Shown here piece after piece: positions 43,277 to 55,945 of a DNA stretch of 64,000 nucleotides. Numbering within the stretch: position 1 is the stretch's first letter; each line of letters opens with the position of its first letter. The notes beneath the pieces were generated by a model. It saw only the letters and a program-made list of their open reading frames with translations. It was not told the DNA's origin and did no database searches. Made by a program: the position numbers and the translations under genes. The DNA is from the human T2T-CHM13v2.0 reference genome, Homo sapiens: the NCBI RefSeq assembly GCF_009914755.1, contig NC_060926.1. One strand, 5' to 3'.

Positions 43277-43990
43277 GCTGGGCGTGGTGGCTCACACCTG
43301 TAATCCCAGCACTTTGGGAGGCTGAGGCAGGCAGATCACGAGGTCAGGAGTTCAAGACCAGCCTGACCAACATGGTGAAACCCCATCTGTACTTAAAGTG
43401 CAAAAAATAAATTAGCCAAGCGTGGTGGTGCGCACCTGTAATCCCAGCTACTCAGGAGGCTGAGGCAGGAGAATCACTGTTGAACCAGGAGGCAGAGGTT
43501 GCAGTGAGCCAAGATTGCACCACTGCACTCCAGCCTGGGCGACAGAGCGAGACTCTGTCTCAAAAAAATAATAAATTAAATAAATAAATTTCACATATTG
43601 TAACATGCATACATTGCTTTTACTCTTGAAAAAAGAGGCTGAGGCCGGGTGCGGTGGCTCATGCCTGTACTCCTGGCATTTTGGGAGGCCCAGGCGGGCG
43701 GATCACTTGAGGTCAGGAGTTTGAAACCAGCCTGGCTGACATGGTGAAACCAGCCTGGCCGACATGGTGAAACCAGCCTGGCCAACATGGTGAAACCCTG
43801 TCTCTACTAAAAATACAAAAAAATTAGCCGAGTGTGGTGGTGGGTGCCAGTATTCTCAGCTACTTGGGAGGCTGAGGCAGGAGAATCGCCTGAACCTGGA
43901 GGTGGAGGTTGCAGTGAGCCGGGATTGCGCCACTGCACTCCAGCCTGGGCAACAAGAGCAAGACTTCATCTCAAAAAAAAAAACCAAAAA
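43277..43990 (+). mobile_element. Two sense Alus (about 43277-43588 and 43643-43990)
   Basis: Alu consensus; the second has a 23-bp internal triplication. Confidence 0.93.
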
Positions 43991-45024
43991 GAACAGGCTG
44001 AGAGTATTGCTTAAACTATACCTCTTTAATCAGAGGACTTCAAAGAATGACTGATGTGGATAAATCAGTGTTTTGATTAGCTGAAAGTCGCTACATATTT
44101 GCCGCATGTCTCACTTAGTTTAGCAATTTGTAGTGAGTTAAAATAAGTAAGCATGTTACCATCCAAGCTGTGTCAAACACAATTTAATGGTTGTGTAAGA
44201 AGTTAAGCGCACTCAGCCCCTCCAGGGCTGCATCCTTGTGGCTATCCTGATCCCCATTATTGAGGGGAGTGTAGAGGCTGAAGACAGGGTTTGGGGACTT
44301 TACTTTAGTGTCAGTTGTGTGTTTCTCACAATGAGGTAGAGTGAGCCACTCCTTGGCTATCTCAATCCATTTCCCTGGATCCTGAATCAATAGGAACGTG
44401 TTACAATGTTTGCTCATTCTTGCCTGCTTTTAAGTATTTTGAATAAGCTAGGCAATTAAAAAAAATTTTTTAAGAGTGCTTCATAAGATGAATGGAAGGT
44501 TAAGTTGCTGACTAATATTCTTGGATCCAGAATATTAGTCCTTCACTTTATGGTCTTGTACATAGCTTAAGCTAACCAACTCTTTTTTCTCATATGAGAG
44601 TAATATATAAATTTTGAGTTATAGGAGGCATGAATATTTTCATTACATTTTCCGTAAGTCCTTTTAGAAGAGTGTCTTCTATTTCAGACATTGTTGACCT
44701 GAAAATCTCTTAAAATCTGTCTGCCATCCTGTGGTAGTGATGGCCTCACACAGGGGTGGCAGTGCCTCTAGCAGAAATCCCCCTGAGAGACTCAGTCGAG
44801 ACCTGTGTTTGTATATCATTTATTGGGGAAGAAAGGGAGAGCTACACCTCACTAGACATTTCCACGGCCATACTCATTATCCTGAAATCCCAGCAGCTTT
44901 ATGTACAATTTACCAAGTAATTTTAATTACTGCTATTTCTTCTATGTACTTGATGGGTGGTTTTTTTTCTCATGAGAATGTCATGTGCATGATGCCACCT
45001 TGGTGCATTCCTCTTCTCTTTCAG

Positions 45025-45108
45025 CACCCACATGCAGGATCTCCAGGAGGTGACCCAGGACCTTCATTATGAAAACTTCCGTTCTGAGAGACTCAAGAGA
45101 GGCGGCAG
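45025..45108 (+). CDS. SEPTIN2: Septin-2 coding exon 9 ([28 protein letters not shown])
   Basis: CTCTTTCAG| ... CAG|GTCATC; 84 nt; HYENFR septin motif. Confidence 0.95.
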
Positions 45109-45324
45109 GTCATCACACTGTGCCCCTTTCTCTGTATTGTGTCACCCTGAGCCACAATGTTCCTCCTCCTCTATGTGTTCAGCTCAGCCTTCTTGACCAT
45201 TAAGCAACATGGTTTGGTTTCCTACTCAAAAGTTATTATAAAAGAGTTGTTAATTTAATCAAATTATGCTCTTTTAGCCTTTTTAAGAAAAAGTACATTT
45301 AATGATATGCACGTAAAAACTTTA

Positions 45325-46885
45325 GGCCAGGCACGGTGGCTCATGCCTGTAATCCCAGCACCTTGGGAGACCAAGGCAAGGTAGATTGCCTGAGCGCAGG
45401 AGTTTTGAGACCATGAGATTACATGGTGAAGTCCCATCTCTACAAAAATTTAAAAAAAAAAAATTAATTTAGCCGGGCATGGTGGCACACACCTATAATC
45501 CCAGCTACTCGGGAGGCTGAGTTGGGAGGAGCAGTTGAGCCTGGGAGGTGCAGTGAGCCATAATTGCACCACTGCACTTTATCCTGGGCAATAAAACAAG
45601 ACCCTGTCTCAAAAAACAAACAAAAACTTTAGATGGAAAGGCCAGAGGCTTGTGTCGAGTTCTCCTTCAAAAGCATCACTCTGTACGTGAGGACAAACTT
45701 GTTGCCATTAGGAAACTGCAGCACCTGAGTTAAGGGTGAGGCCAGGATGAGTGGCATCCAAGCAGCCAGTGGCCGTTGAAGCAGCAGCTTCGATCCTCGC
45801 AAAGTCCTGCAGCCATCCTCACTCACCTTTTCTTTTTAACCATTCTAATATGTTTTTATATAAGTTTTCTGGGAGGCCAAGGCAAGTGGATCACTTGAAC
45901 CCAGTAGTTTGAGACCGGCCCTGGCAACATAGGGAGACCTCGCCTCTATAAAAATTTTTTTTAAATTAGCCAGATGTGGTGGTGCATGCCTGTGGTCCCA
46001 GCTACTAGGGGGAGGATTCCTTGAGCCCAGTAGGTCCAGGCTGCAGTGAGCTATGGTCGCACCACCACGCTCCAGACTGGGCAACAGAGTGAGACCCTGT
46101 CTCAACAACAAAAGTTTCCTGTGTTGTAATTCATTAAAATTCTCACATTCTAATAATTTGATGGATTTCTAGATACATATGTTGTACACATTGAAGTCTA
46201 ATTATGAGTTTGGAAATGAGACATTAAGAAAGATTTTAGAGGCAGCAAGAAAATTCCACCCTCTGGAAGCTGAGTAGGCGCTGGCCCTGAGATGGAGATT
46301 AGTGTGCTTTGCAGAGCACAGTTCTCAGGTGTGCTTGGGGAGCTTACCCTTTGCCCCTCGTTCACTCACGCAGATCCTGCTCCTTAAATGTGGTGACTAC
46401 ATTCGCATTAATAAAGAATAACATCTCAAAGCAAATTCTTCAGATAATACCTATTTTTGAGTGGGTAACAGCAAGTGTTGTCGCTCAAGCTTAGAGTAAG
46501 AAAAGTCTCTTGAATGTTCCATTTCATGTTGTTCGAACTTTTTAAAATCATTCTGTTCCCTTTTTATTCATTATATCTTTAATTAGAAAAATGATAGGCT
46601 GGGCGTGGTGGCTCATGCCTGTATTCCCAGCACTTTGGGAGGCCAAGGTGGGCGGATCACTTGAGGTTCAACACCAGCCTGGCCAACGTGGCAAAACCCC
46701 ATCTCTACTAAACACAAAAAAAATTAGCTGGGCGTGGTAGCACGTGCCTGTAATGCCAGTTACCCAGGAGGCTAAGGTGGGAGAATTGCTTGAACCTAGG
46801 AGGTGGAGGTTGCAGTGAGCCAAGATCATGCCACTACACTCCAGCCCGTGCGACAGAGTGAGACACCATCTCAATATAAAAAGAG
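45325..46885 (+). mobile_element. Three sense Alus (about 45325-45627, 45870-46113 5'-truncated, 46597-46885)
   Basis: Alu consensus blocks. Confidence 0.88.
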
Positions 46886-46991
46886 AAATGATAAATACAT
46901 GTCATTTTAAATTTTAAAGTAGAATTTTTTGGGGGGGTAGCAAATAACTATTTGTTGCAGTGTTATGATTCTGATTTCTTTCGATTCTTAG

Positions 46992-47049
46992 GAAAGTGGA
47001 GAATGAGGACATGAATAAAGACCAGATCTTGCTGGAAAAAGAAGCTGAG
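46992..47049 (+). CDS. SEPTIN2: Septin-2 coding exon 10 ([20 protein letters not shown])
   Basis: TTCTTAG| ... GAG|GTAAGT; 58 nt. Confidence 0.96.
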
Positions 47050-47053
47050 GTAA

Positions 47054-47449
<396 letters not shown>

Positions 47450-47935
47450 TAACTTAAAGTTTATAGTTTTTTTTTTAATTTGTTGAGGAGGATACATATA
47501 ACTACTTTATTACTATATATACACATCTATATATAATAATAAACATGGATATTTACATAGCATACATGATGCTTCATATATTTAGCTGAAAGACTTTGGA
47601 GACAATTTAGTAATGTCACTGATATTTGTAAGTAGATCATAAATATGGAAATATGCTCTGTTGTAAAGGTGGCATTCAGATCTGCTGGAGTTTTGGAAGG
47701 CAAACACATTATTCAGTAAACAATAGGATCATAATGGGCTAGCCTTTTGGAAACAAAAAGAAAATACTTCTTTGGTCAAATTAATTCAATATTGATCAAA
47801 TATTTAAATGTTAAAAATAACCACAAAGTCACCTGAAGAAAATTTAAATGTTTTATAATACTTTCCTGGAGGCATTTCTGAACACATACAAATCATAATG
47901 ATAAGGATAAAGATGAATTAACATTTACTATTTTT

Positions 47936-48687
<752 letters not shown>

Positions 48688-48931
48688 TTATCATATTGTC
48701 TTATCTTTCTTTGGTTATTGTTTCTGTTTGGCTTGCATATTCGTATCATTTACTTGATTTTCTCTTTAGCTGTTGCTTTTTTTATTGATTGGTAAAAAGT
48801 CTTTATGTAATAACTCCTGTCATATTTTGGGAAGGTGTAGAAGTTGAAATTTTAGGAATCACAGAACACCCAGAAATAATGTTCAAAGACAGCAAACCTT
48901 GAAAACCTATAATGTGTGTGTGTGTTCACAG

Positions 48932-49033
48932 CTCCGCCGCATGCAAGAGATGATTGCAAGGATGCAGGCGCAGATGCAGATGCAGATGCAGGGCGGGGAT
49001 GGCGATGGCGGGGCTCTCGGGCACCACGTGTAA
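48932..49033 (+). CDS. SEPTIN2: Septin-2 last coding exon ([33 protein letters not shown]); exon continues to 49062
   Basis: TTCACAG|; TAA 49031-49033; donor GAG|GTAGGC at 49062/49063; coding exons sum to 9+121+87+124+135+118+102+146+84+58+102 = 1086 nt. Confidence 0.97.
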   Translation, partial: LRRMQEMIARMQAQMQMQMQGGDGDGGALGHHV

Positions 49034-51392
49034 GGTGATGTGCACATATCAAGAAGTCAGAGGTAGGCCCTGTTGTCCCTTAGCCTGGAAGACAGGCAGT
49101 TACTAACATTATTGTGTCAGCTTAAATATGACAGGTTCCTCCTTAAGCCTCATTAATATTTTGCATTTTGAAGTAACTCCATCACTAATCTTAAACAAGG
49201 AGAGATTGCTCCTGAAAAACAGAAGCCACTACTTTGCCACCTACTTTCTAGTAAAGATTTTTCATATTTTTGTCTCTTCTTTTTTTTTTAAATAATTTCA
49301 ACTTTTATTTTATTGGGGTACATTTGCAGGTTATTTTCTAAGCTTGCAAATACCAACATTAGAAGGAAATTATGTATTAAAGCACTTTTATTAGTTGTAT
49401 TATTGGAAATTTGTTAATTGTTAAAACATCTCTTTAAAGGGAATAAAAACGTGTTATTAAAACAGCTTGTACAGATTAAAAGTAGAGATGGCACAAGGAA
49501 GAAGAATTATGTGAGGTAGATAAGGGTTCCCTGGATGGTGACTGCTGACCTCCTGTTCCTCAGATAGCTTTGTCCCGACTGATGGTCATTAGTGAATAGA
49601 TCTGTCTGGCATGGTGTATGCTGGTCTGCCTGCTTGAAAAGAATCTGCAGACTCCAGAGACTCAGGACCAGGAAAAGGCAGATGCCCACTCCCCTGTATC
49701 TTATGTATCTTATGGACAGGCAGGCTCTCTGAACTGTCCAGGTGGCCACTCCCATCACTTGCCAGAGGAAAAGCATGAAAGGTAAAGTTAAGTAATGACC
49801 TAAGAGTCCAAAGAAGAGGGTAGGTCACATGGAGCTGGGGTAAAGGCAAACAAACCTCATACAAGAGATCTGATTAGAGCTTGAAAGAGAGTTTGAGTTG
49901 GCCAAGATCTGAGGATGAAACGCTGGGAATTTGGTAGAAGGTCTCTACTACAATTCAGGGACCTCATTCTGGAAGCATGAGTGTGTTCATGAAAACAGGG
50001 AGGGGACTTGAGCCTTCAACGACATACGGCAGGGTGGGTTAGGCAGAAGGCAGGGAGTCTTGAGGCCTCCACAGCATGTGGACAGGTGGCTGAGGAAGGA
50101 CCCAGAGTGACTTGCTGGAGCCTTAGTCACCAAACGCTCTTGCAGCTTAGTGGGAAAGGTGTTCATTGTAAAATACGGTATTTACACAAAATGCACAAAA
50201 ATACGTATGTACAGTTTAATAAGTTACTGTAAGGAAAACATCCATGTCACCCCCAACTGAGTCCAAGTTGGTTGCTTTAGTTTCATCATCACAGTGACAC
50301 CTTAGAATAGTCCTGAGGGTATGTGCTTAGTTCACACTTTACTGATGAGGAAATTGTTGCCGCTCCGAGAGTTTAAAAGTATTTGCTGATGGTGCCATGA
50401 CTTTTAAACGATGGCCTGCTGACTCTAGAGGCTGGTCCTGCATAACCAGTTAATGGCATGTGACTGGGGAAGTGAGGGTACAGTGGAAAGAGACAAGGAT
50501 GCCTCAGCGATGCAGCTCATTTGAAGCAGGAAGCAGTGACAGGTGTTTGCTTATTTTCTCTGAGCTTCATTTTCAACCTTTATGGAATGAAAATTTTACT
50601 TTTAGATCGATAAAATTTTATTTCTGTATACTTTCTAGTTTTGCAGCATTTCCAGTTTCCAGGAGCCTCATGAATGGCTTTTTGGTTTAGTTAACTTTGT
50701 GGTCATGTAAGCCCTGCCTTTTGCTCAGTTTATGACCTTTGTTAAGGAGAAAAGTAGAACTGTTAATAATTAACGCAGCAGACATTGCCTCACTCCCACT
50801 TAAGTGTGTTTTGTTTTCTTTTTTCTAGAAAACACTTTCCTGGATAAAAAAGAAAACATTCCAGATGCATGATCCAGCTGTGTGTTTTCAATCCTTGGGA
50901 GGGTGCCATCCACATTTTAACAGTACCTGTGCCTGAGAATTTAATTTTTAAAAGACTTTGATGTGTTTTTGTATGAAGTACTTTTAACGTATGTATTTCA
51001 TTGCTGTGTCACACTCTGTGTTTTGTGAGGTGAATGTCTTCCTTTTCTTTCTCCCTAACCACTAATGTTAGAATTGATTTCCAAGAATCGGCATGTATAC
51101 TTAATACTGAATTTCTTTGATTTAACTGACTTAACAACTGACTAACCATTGATGAGCACTCCTGATTTTTATCTAGAACATTCAGATTTACCATAATGTT
51201 CCTTAGTGGTAGAGGTGTGTGCCTAGTGATGTAGAAAGATACACTGACTTGGTGCAAGGCCATCTGCTTACCACATCACACCACTTGGAGATCTTTGCTT
51301 CCTTGCTTTTATGTTTGTACACAACACCTAAAACCAGTTTTGCTGCTATAATTCTATACTGTTGATTCGTCTGCGATTTTATCTGTTAACCA

Positions 51393-51398
51393 AATAAA
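51393..51398 (+). terminator. Candidate proximal polyadenylation signal AATAAA
   Basis: Canonical hexamer with U-rich sequence downstream. Confidence 0.45.
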
Positions 51399-52861
51399 AC
51401 ATAATAGAATTTCCTAATGAGATATATCTTTATACTTAAACAGCTTTTTTAGAGGTGAGTTTTAAAGAAGTCTCTTAATTCTGATGCTAGGTTGTTTTTA
51501 AAACCACTATGCAAAGAACTCACCACAAGCCACCTTTTGTAGTGTTCTCCACTAATACTGGTTATCCTGTGCTACAGAGAAAATCAAAGCAGTCATAAGC
51601 TCCAGTTTTCGTATTGCAAATAAGACTCTTACCTACAAAATGAGATTCAGTGAACTAATTTGGTTTTTACTCAACCAAATTAAAAATTTTTTTAAGGAAA
51701 ATTAGCAGTTGGTCTATTCAGAATCAAACCTTTTTATATTTTATACTGCACTTCAGTGTATTTTCTGTCACTGTAGGTATAGAAGATCTGCCTCCCCTGT
51801 GGAAATTGGGGTCTGTTGGTGGGCTTGCCCCTGAAGCCTGGCTTGGGTTGAAAAGTGTTCCCGCCCTAAGGCCTTGGTGCCCTGAACCTCTGATGCCTAC
51901 CGGGTTCTCCTGATTTGAGTTTCCTTTAAATACTCCCTTTTTGAGTAATTTTCTGATGGGAGGAAAGTAGCAGTCATCATCTTTTTGTGTGCAGGCTGTC
52001 TCATTTATTTTTAGCCATTGTCGTTTCATTCATTTTGTGTAATATAAACCGTGTGTCATGTCAAAGTGAAAGACATTTCAAATCTGTAGCATAGGCTAGT
52101 GGGCAGGTCCGCACAGTCGAAGCCACACCTGGTCTGTTTTCTGTGCACTGTAGCCTTAGTGTCACCTTTCTTCTTGTGTCTCCTTATGGTACACTCCAGC
52201 GGTTGCCTTTTTTATCATTTCTACTGAAGTTGGGAAATTCAACCCCAGAAATTGACAGATGAAAGGAGACAATGGTTGTGTAGGGAGATGGAGAAAATGC
52301 TTAATCTGAGGATGAGACAGGGTTTTTTCATTTTTGTGGGGGCTAGAAAAAACATAAAATGAGGCAGTTAAATAATAATAGTTAATGAAGGTGTGCTACA
52401 GAAAATAATCTGGTGTTCTTGCTAACTTTGCCCTTCACTGTTGCTTAATTGTGAACAGCCAAAAGCTATATGTTATGGCTTATTGTGTGAAGGTAACTAA
52501 GAAGTGGTGTTCCATGACTTCAGAGTACATCCATGCGGAGTCCATTATTTGAGTTTGACATTTAATAACTTTGCTGGAAAATCTGTAAAAAAGAAAAACA
52601 AGTTTGCTAGTGACTAAGCCCCGCATATGTGAGTGAAAGTACTTCAGGCACGCTGCCTCCTGGTAACAGCTATGCAGGGAGGGAGGACCCACACTGCTAC
52701 ACTTCTGATCCCCTTTGGTTTTACTACCCAAATCTAAATAGATACTTTTGATAATAGATAACTGCTCTTTTACTAAGACATAGTCTCTACCTATAGAAAT
52801 GTATTTTGAAAACACTTATTTTACACAGCAATTTTGTATCCATTTAAACTAACCTTTTATC

Positions 52862-52867
52862 AATAAA
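52862..52867 (+). terminator. Distal polyadenylation signal AATAAA of SEPTIN2
   Basis: Canonical hexamer, upstream TGTA elements, downstream GU/U-rich GTATTTCTCTTGGTTATTT. Confidence 0.8.
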
Positions 52868-54299
52868 GCACTATTGTTTAGATATTAAATGAGTATTTCT
52901 CTTGGTTATTTGCAAGGGAAAGTTGTGAGGTTTTCTGGGAAAATTCAAAGTCTTGACAACATCTTTGTATAAAATCAAGAAAAATTACTTGAATCAATAG
53001 TGTCAGTACTGGACAAGTTTGTACGTATTGGAGATCCAGCCCAAAAGAAAGCACAAAAGATTGGAAAGGAATTATTTACAGGTGATCAGAACATCTACTT
53101 AGAAAGTACAAGACATCTGGTGAAAATTAACACTAAGAAGTCAGTGATATCTATTTTCTAATTAGAAAATGTAGTGAGAAAAGAAATCGCATTGATAATA
53201 GCAACTACTAAATTACTGGAAATATAAGTGAATGATTGAAATATATCTAGGAAGAAATTTCTAACCTATAAATTTTCAAGAATAGGCTAAGGCGGCTCTG
53301 CCACTTGAGTAAAGGAAACTGGAAACCTGAATTGATCTGGGTGGCTGGACACCTACACTCCAAGGCCTCTAGCCTTCTTCCTGCCCACTGGACTGATCAT
53401 CCCAGGACCACCTTGGGCCCCTTTTACCTTGCTATCAGTGTTTTCTGAGCTTCCTTATAGACAGACCCCTGGATACTGAAACTTGCTCTCTCTAGTTCCT
53501 CAGCTGACAGCTGCCACGCCTGCTGCCTTCCCTCCAGACTGCCAGCCTCAGGTCACCAGCACACACCCTGCATCCTACCAGGGGTCAGTACCACCCTCTG
53601 GCCAGGCTCTCACCTGCACTATCCCCACCCGGCCCTGCCCGTCTGCAGGCAGGGATCCTCTGTTCTGGGGTGTGTGCACCACTCTGGGCCTGGTGGTGTC
53701 ATTGGGGGTTGGTTAAAGGAAAAGCCCCAGAGGTGGGTGGCACATGAAGGGAGCATCCCGCACAGCTGAGCCCAGTCTTGGTGTGCCTGGGTCTCAGACC
53801 CCATAGTTGTCTCAGGAGAAATGGAGGTTCCCCTGAGCCAGCATTTCTCCTGTCTGGGCTTCTGGGAAACGAAGGGTCAGGTTTCACTCTGGAATCCACA
53901 GCACCATAGGAGGAGTCTCTTAAGTGCCCGGGTGTTTCCTGAAGTTAATTATTCCCTCAACAGCCACATGGTGACAGTGGGTGACAGGGCCGGGCTAGGA
54001 GAGCACGATGGGTAGGGTCTTGAAGAACACATAGGAGTTCAATGAACTTCTCAAGAGAAGGGAAGTGTGCCACAGCAAGTCAGTCTTCCATTCTCGGGTG
54101 GGGGTCCCTAGGCCAGAGGAAGGCCGTCCTGGCCGCCACCACGGAGCAGCCTGTCTCAGCCTTAGCACAGCCTCGCGCGATCCTTCGATGATCCCCTTCG
54201 GTCCCTGTAGTCCCACGAGGGATGCAATGCGTTGGAGGAAGGAGGAGGCTGGCAGCCAGGGACTGAGCCAAAGGGTGCAAGGACAGCCGGCAAGGCCCG

Positions 54300-55180
54300 G
54301 GCCAAGACCTATCCCCGCCCAGCGAGCCAGGCCTCGCCCAGCACCTATCCGCGCCCAGCAAGCCTAGGCCTCGCCCAGCACCTATCCGCGCCCAGCAAGC
54401 CTAGGCCTCGCCCAGCACCTATCCGCGCCCAGCGAGCCTAGACCTCGCCCAAGACCTAGCCCCGCCCAGCGAGCCGACTCCCCGCCCAGGACCTAGCCCC
54501 GCCCAGCGAACCGACTCCCCGCCCAGGACCTAGCCCCGCCCAGCGAGCCGACTCCCCGCCCAGGACCTAGCCCCGCCCAGCGAACCGACTCCCCGCCCAG
54601 GACCTAGCCCCGCCCAGCGAGCCGACTCCCCGCCCAGGACCTAGCCCCGCCCAGCGAGCCGACTCCCCGCCCAGGACCTAGCCCCGCCCAGCGAGCCGAC
54701 TCCCCGCCCAGGACCTAGCCCCGCCCAGCGAGCCGACTCCCCGCCCAGGACCTAGCCCCGCCCAGCGAGCCGACTCCCCGCCCAGGACCTAGCCCCGCCC
54801 AGCGAGCCGACTCCCCGCCCAGGACCTAGCCCCGCCCAGCGAGCCGACTCCCCGCCCAGGACCTAGCCCCGCCCAGCGAACCGACTCCCCGCCCAGGACC
54901 TAGCCCCGCCCAGCGAGCCGACTCCCCGCCCAGGACCTAGCCCCGCCCAGCGAACCGACTCCCCGCCCAGGACCTAGCCCCGCCCAGCGAGCCGACTCCC
55001 CGCCCAGGACCTAGCCCCGCCCAGCGAGCCGACTCCCCGCCCAGGACCTAGCCCCGCCCAGCGAGCCGACTCCCCGCCCAGGACCTAGCCCCGCCCAGCG
55101 AGCCGACTCCCCGCCCAGGACCTAGCCCCACCCAACGAGCCGACTCCCCGCCCAAGATCTAGCCCCGCCCAGCGAGCCTT
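54300..55180. repeat. GC-rich 37-bp minisatellite (VNTR-like), about 24 units: 4 diverged plus 20 homogeneous
   Basis: Unit CCCCGCCCAGGACCTAGCCCCGCCCAGCGAGCCGACT; ACCTAG recurs every 37 bp from 54454 (last copy ATCTAG at 55157); ACCTAT variants at 54307, 54343, 54380, 54417. Confidence 0.97.
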
Positions 55181-55439
55181 GGCTTCGCCTAGGACATTGC
55201 CTCGCTCAGCAAGCCGACGCCCCGCCCAACGAGCCGAGCGCTGCACAGATTTATATCCTACGCCGCTGCCTGCCTGCTCCCGCCCCTTCTCCGTCCGTTC
55301 ACCAATCAGAACTCGATCTTGCGCTTTCAGGCCGCGGGACGGGAAGGCTCCGCCCTGGCGCCCCGCAGGCCAATCGACTGCGCGTCCGCGGCGCGGGGGC
55401 GGGGTCAGGGCGGGGCGCGCTGCGCGGGGGCTGCCGGCG

Positions 55440-55546
55440 GGCAGTTGGGAGCAGGCGACGCCGACGCGAGTCTGGCGGCTGCTGCTTGCGACTGCGGAGG
55501 CCGGGCGAGGCCGGTGAGGACGCGGCGGGCGAGCGAGAGGCCGAGG
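55440..55546 (+). other. FARP2: FARP2 non-coding exon 1 (start approximate); intron 1 runs off the right edge
   Basis: Donor AGG|GTGAGG at 55546/55547 downstream of CCAAT/GC boxes; name from recalled synteny; no coding sequence in the window. Confidence 0.7.
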
Positions 55547-55769
55547 GTGAGGACGTGAAGCGGCCTGGGCGCGTGGGGCAGGGGTGGGCCTCTCCGGGTG
55601 GGCGGCGAAGCCCGAGGCCCGAGGCGAGAGGCCCAGGCGGGGGGGGCGCTGAGGCCGCGGTCCACCAGAGATGGTCCCGCCCGGCCTCTGAAGGCCATCG
55701 TGAGGCGGCTGGAGCTCCTAGGCGGGTCCGGGTTAGAGGAGCGTCCGTCTGTAGGGAGCCTGCCGCGTG

Positions 55770-55945
55770 GGGGCAGGCGGGGCGGTGGGCCGGGGAGTGG
55801 CCCGCGTGGACTCCCGGGTTGAGGGGTGCCGCGTGGAGGAGGCCGGTGGGGCTGTAGACCGGGGAGTGTCCCGCGTGGACTCGCGGGTTGAGTTGTGCCC
55901 CGTGGAGGCCGGCAGGGCCGTGGGCCGGGGAGTGTCCCATCCCGG
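55770..55945. repeat. Degenerate GC-rich tandem repeat, about 66-69 bp x 2.5
   Basis: CCGGGGAGTG at 55790, 55859, 55925; CCCGCGTGGACTC.CGGGTTGAG present twice. Confidence 0.8.

Larger units (their letters stand above)
50829..52890 (+). other. SEPTIN2: SEPTIN2 terminal non-coding exon (3'UTR, about 2.06 kb)
   Basis: Strong acceptor TTTTGTTTTCTTTTTTCTAG| at 50828; repeat-free AU-rich sequence ending after AATAAA. Confidence 0.85.

Noticed and set aside
52480-52815. 111-aa antisense ORF over the SEPTIN2 3'UTR
   Set aside because: Non-ATG start, no motif, no promoter or splice support visible; compatible with chance
54300-55180. Regular array that superficially resembles CRISPR
   Set aside because: Units are contiguous with no unique spacers, there are no cas genes, and the context is primate; it is a minisatellite
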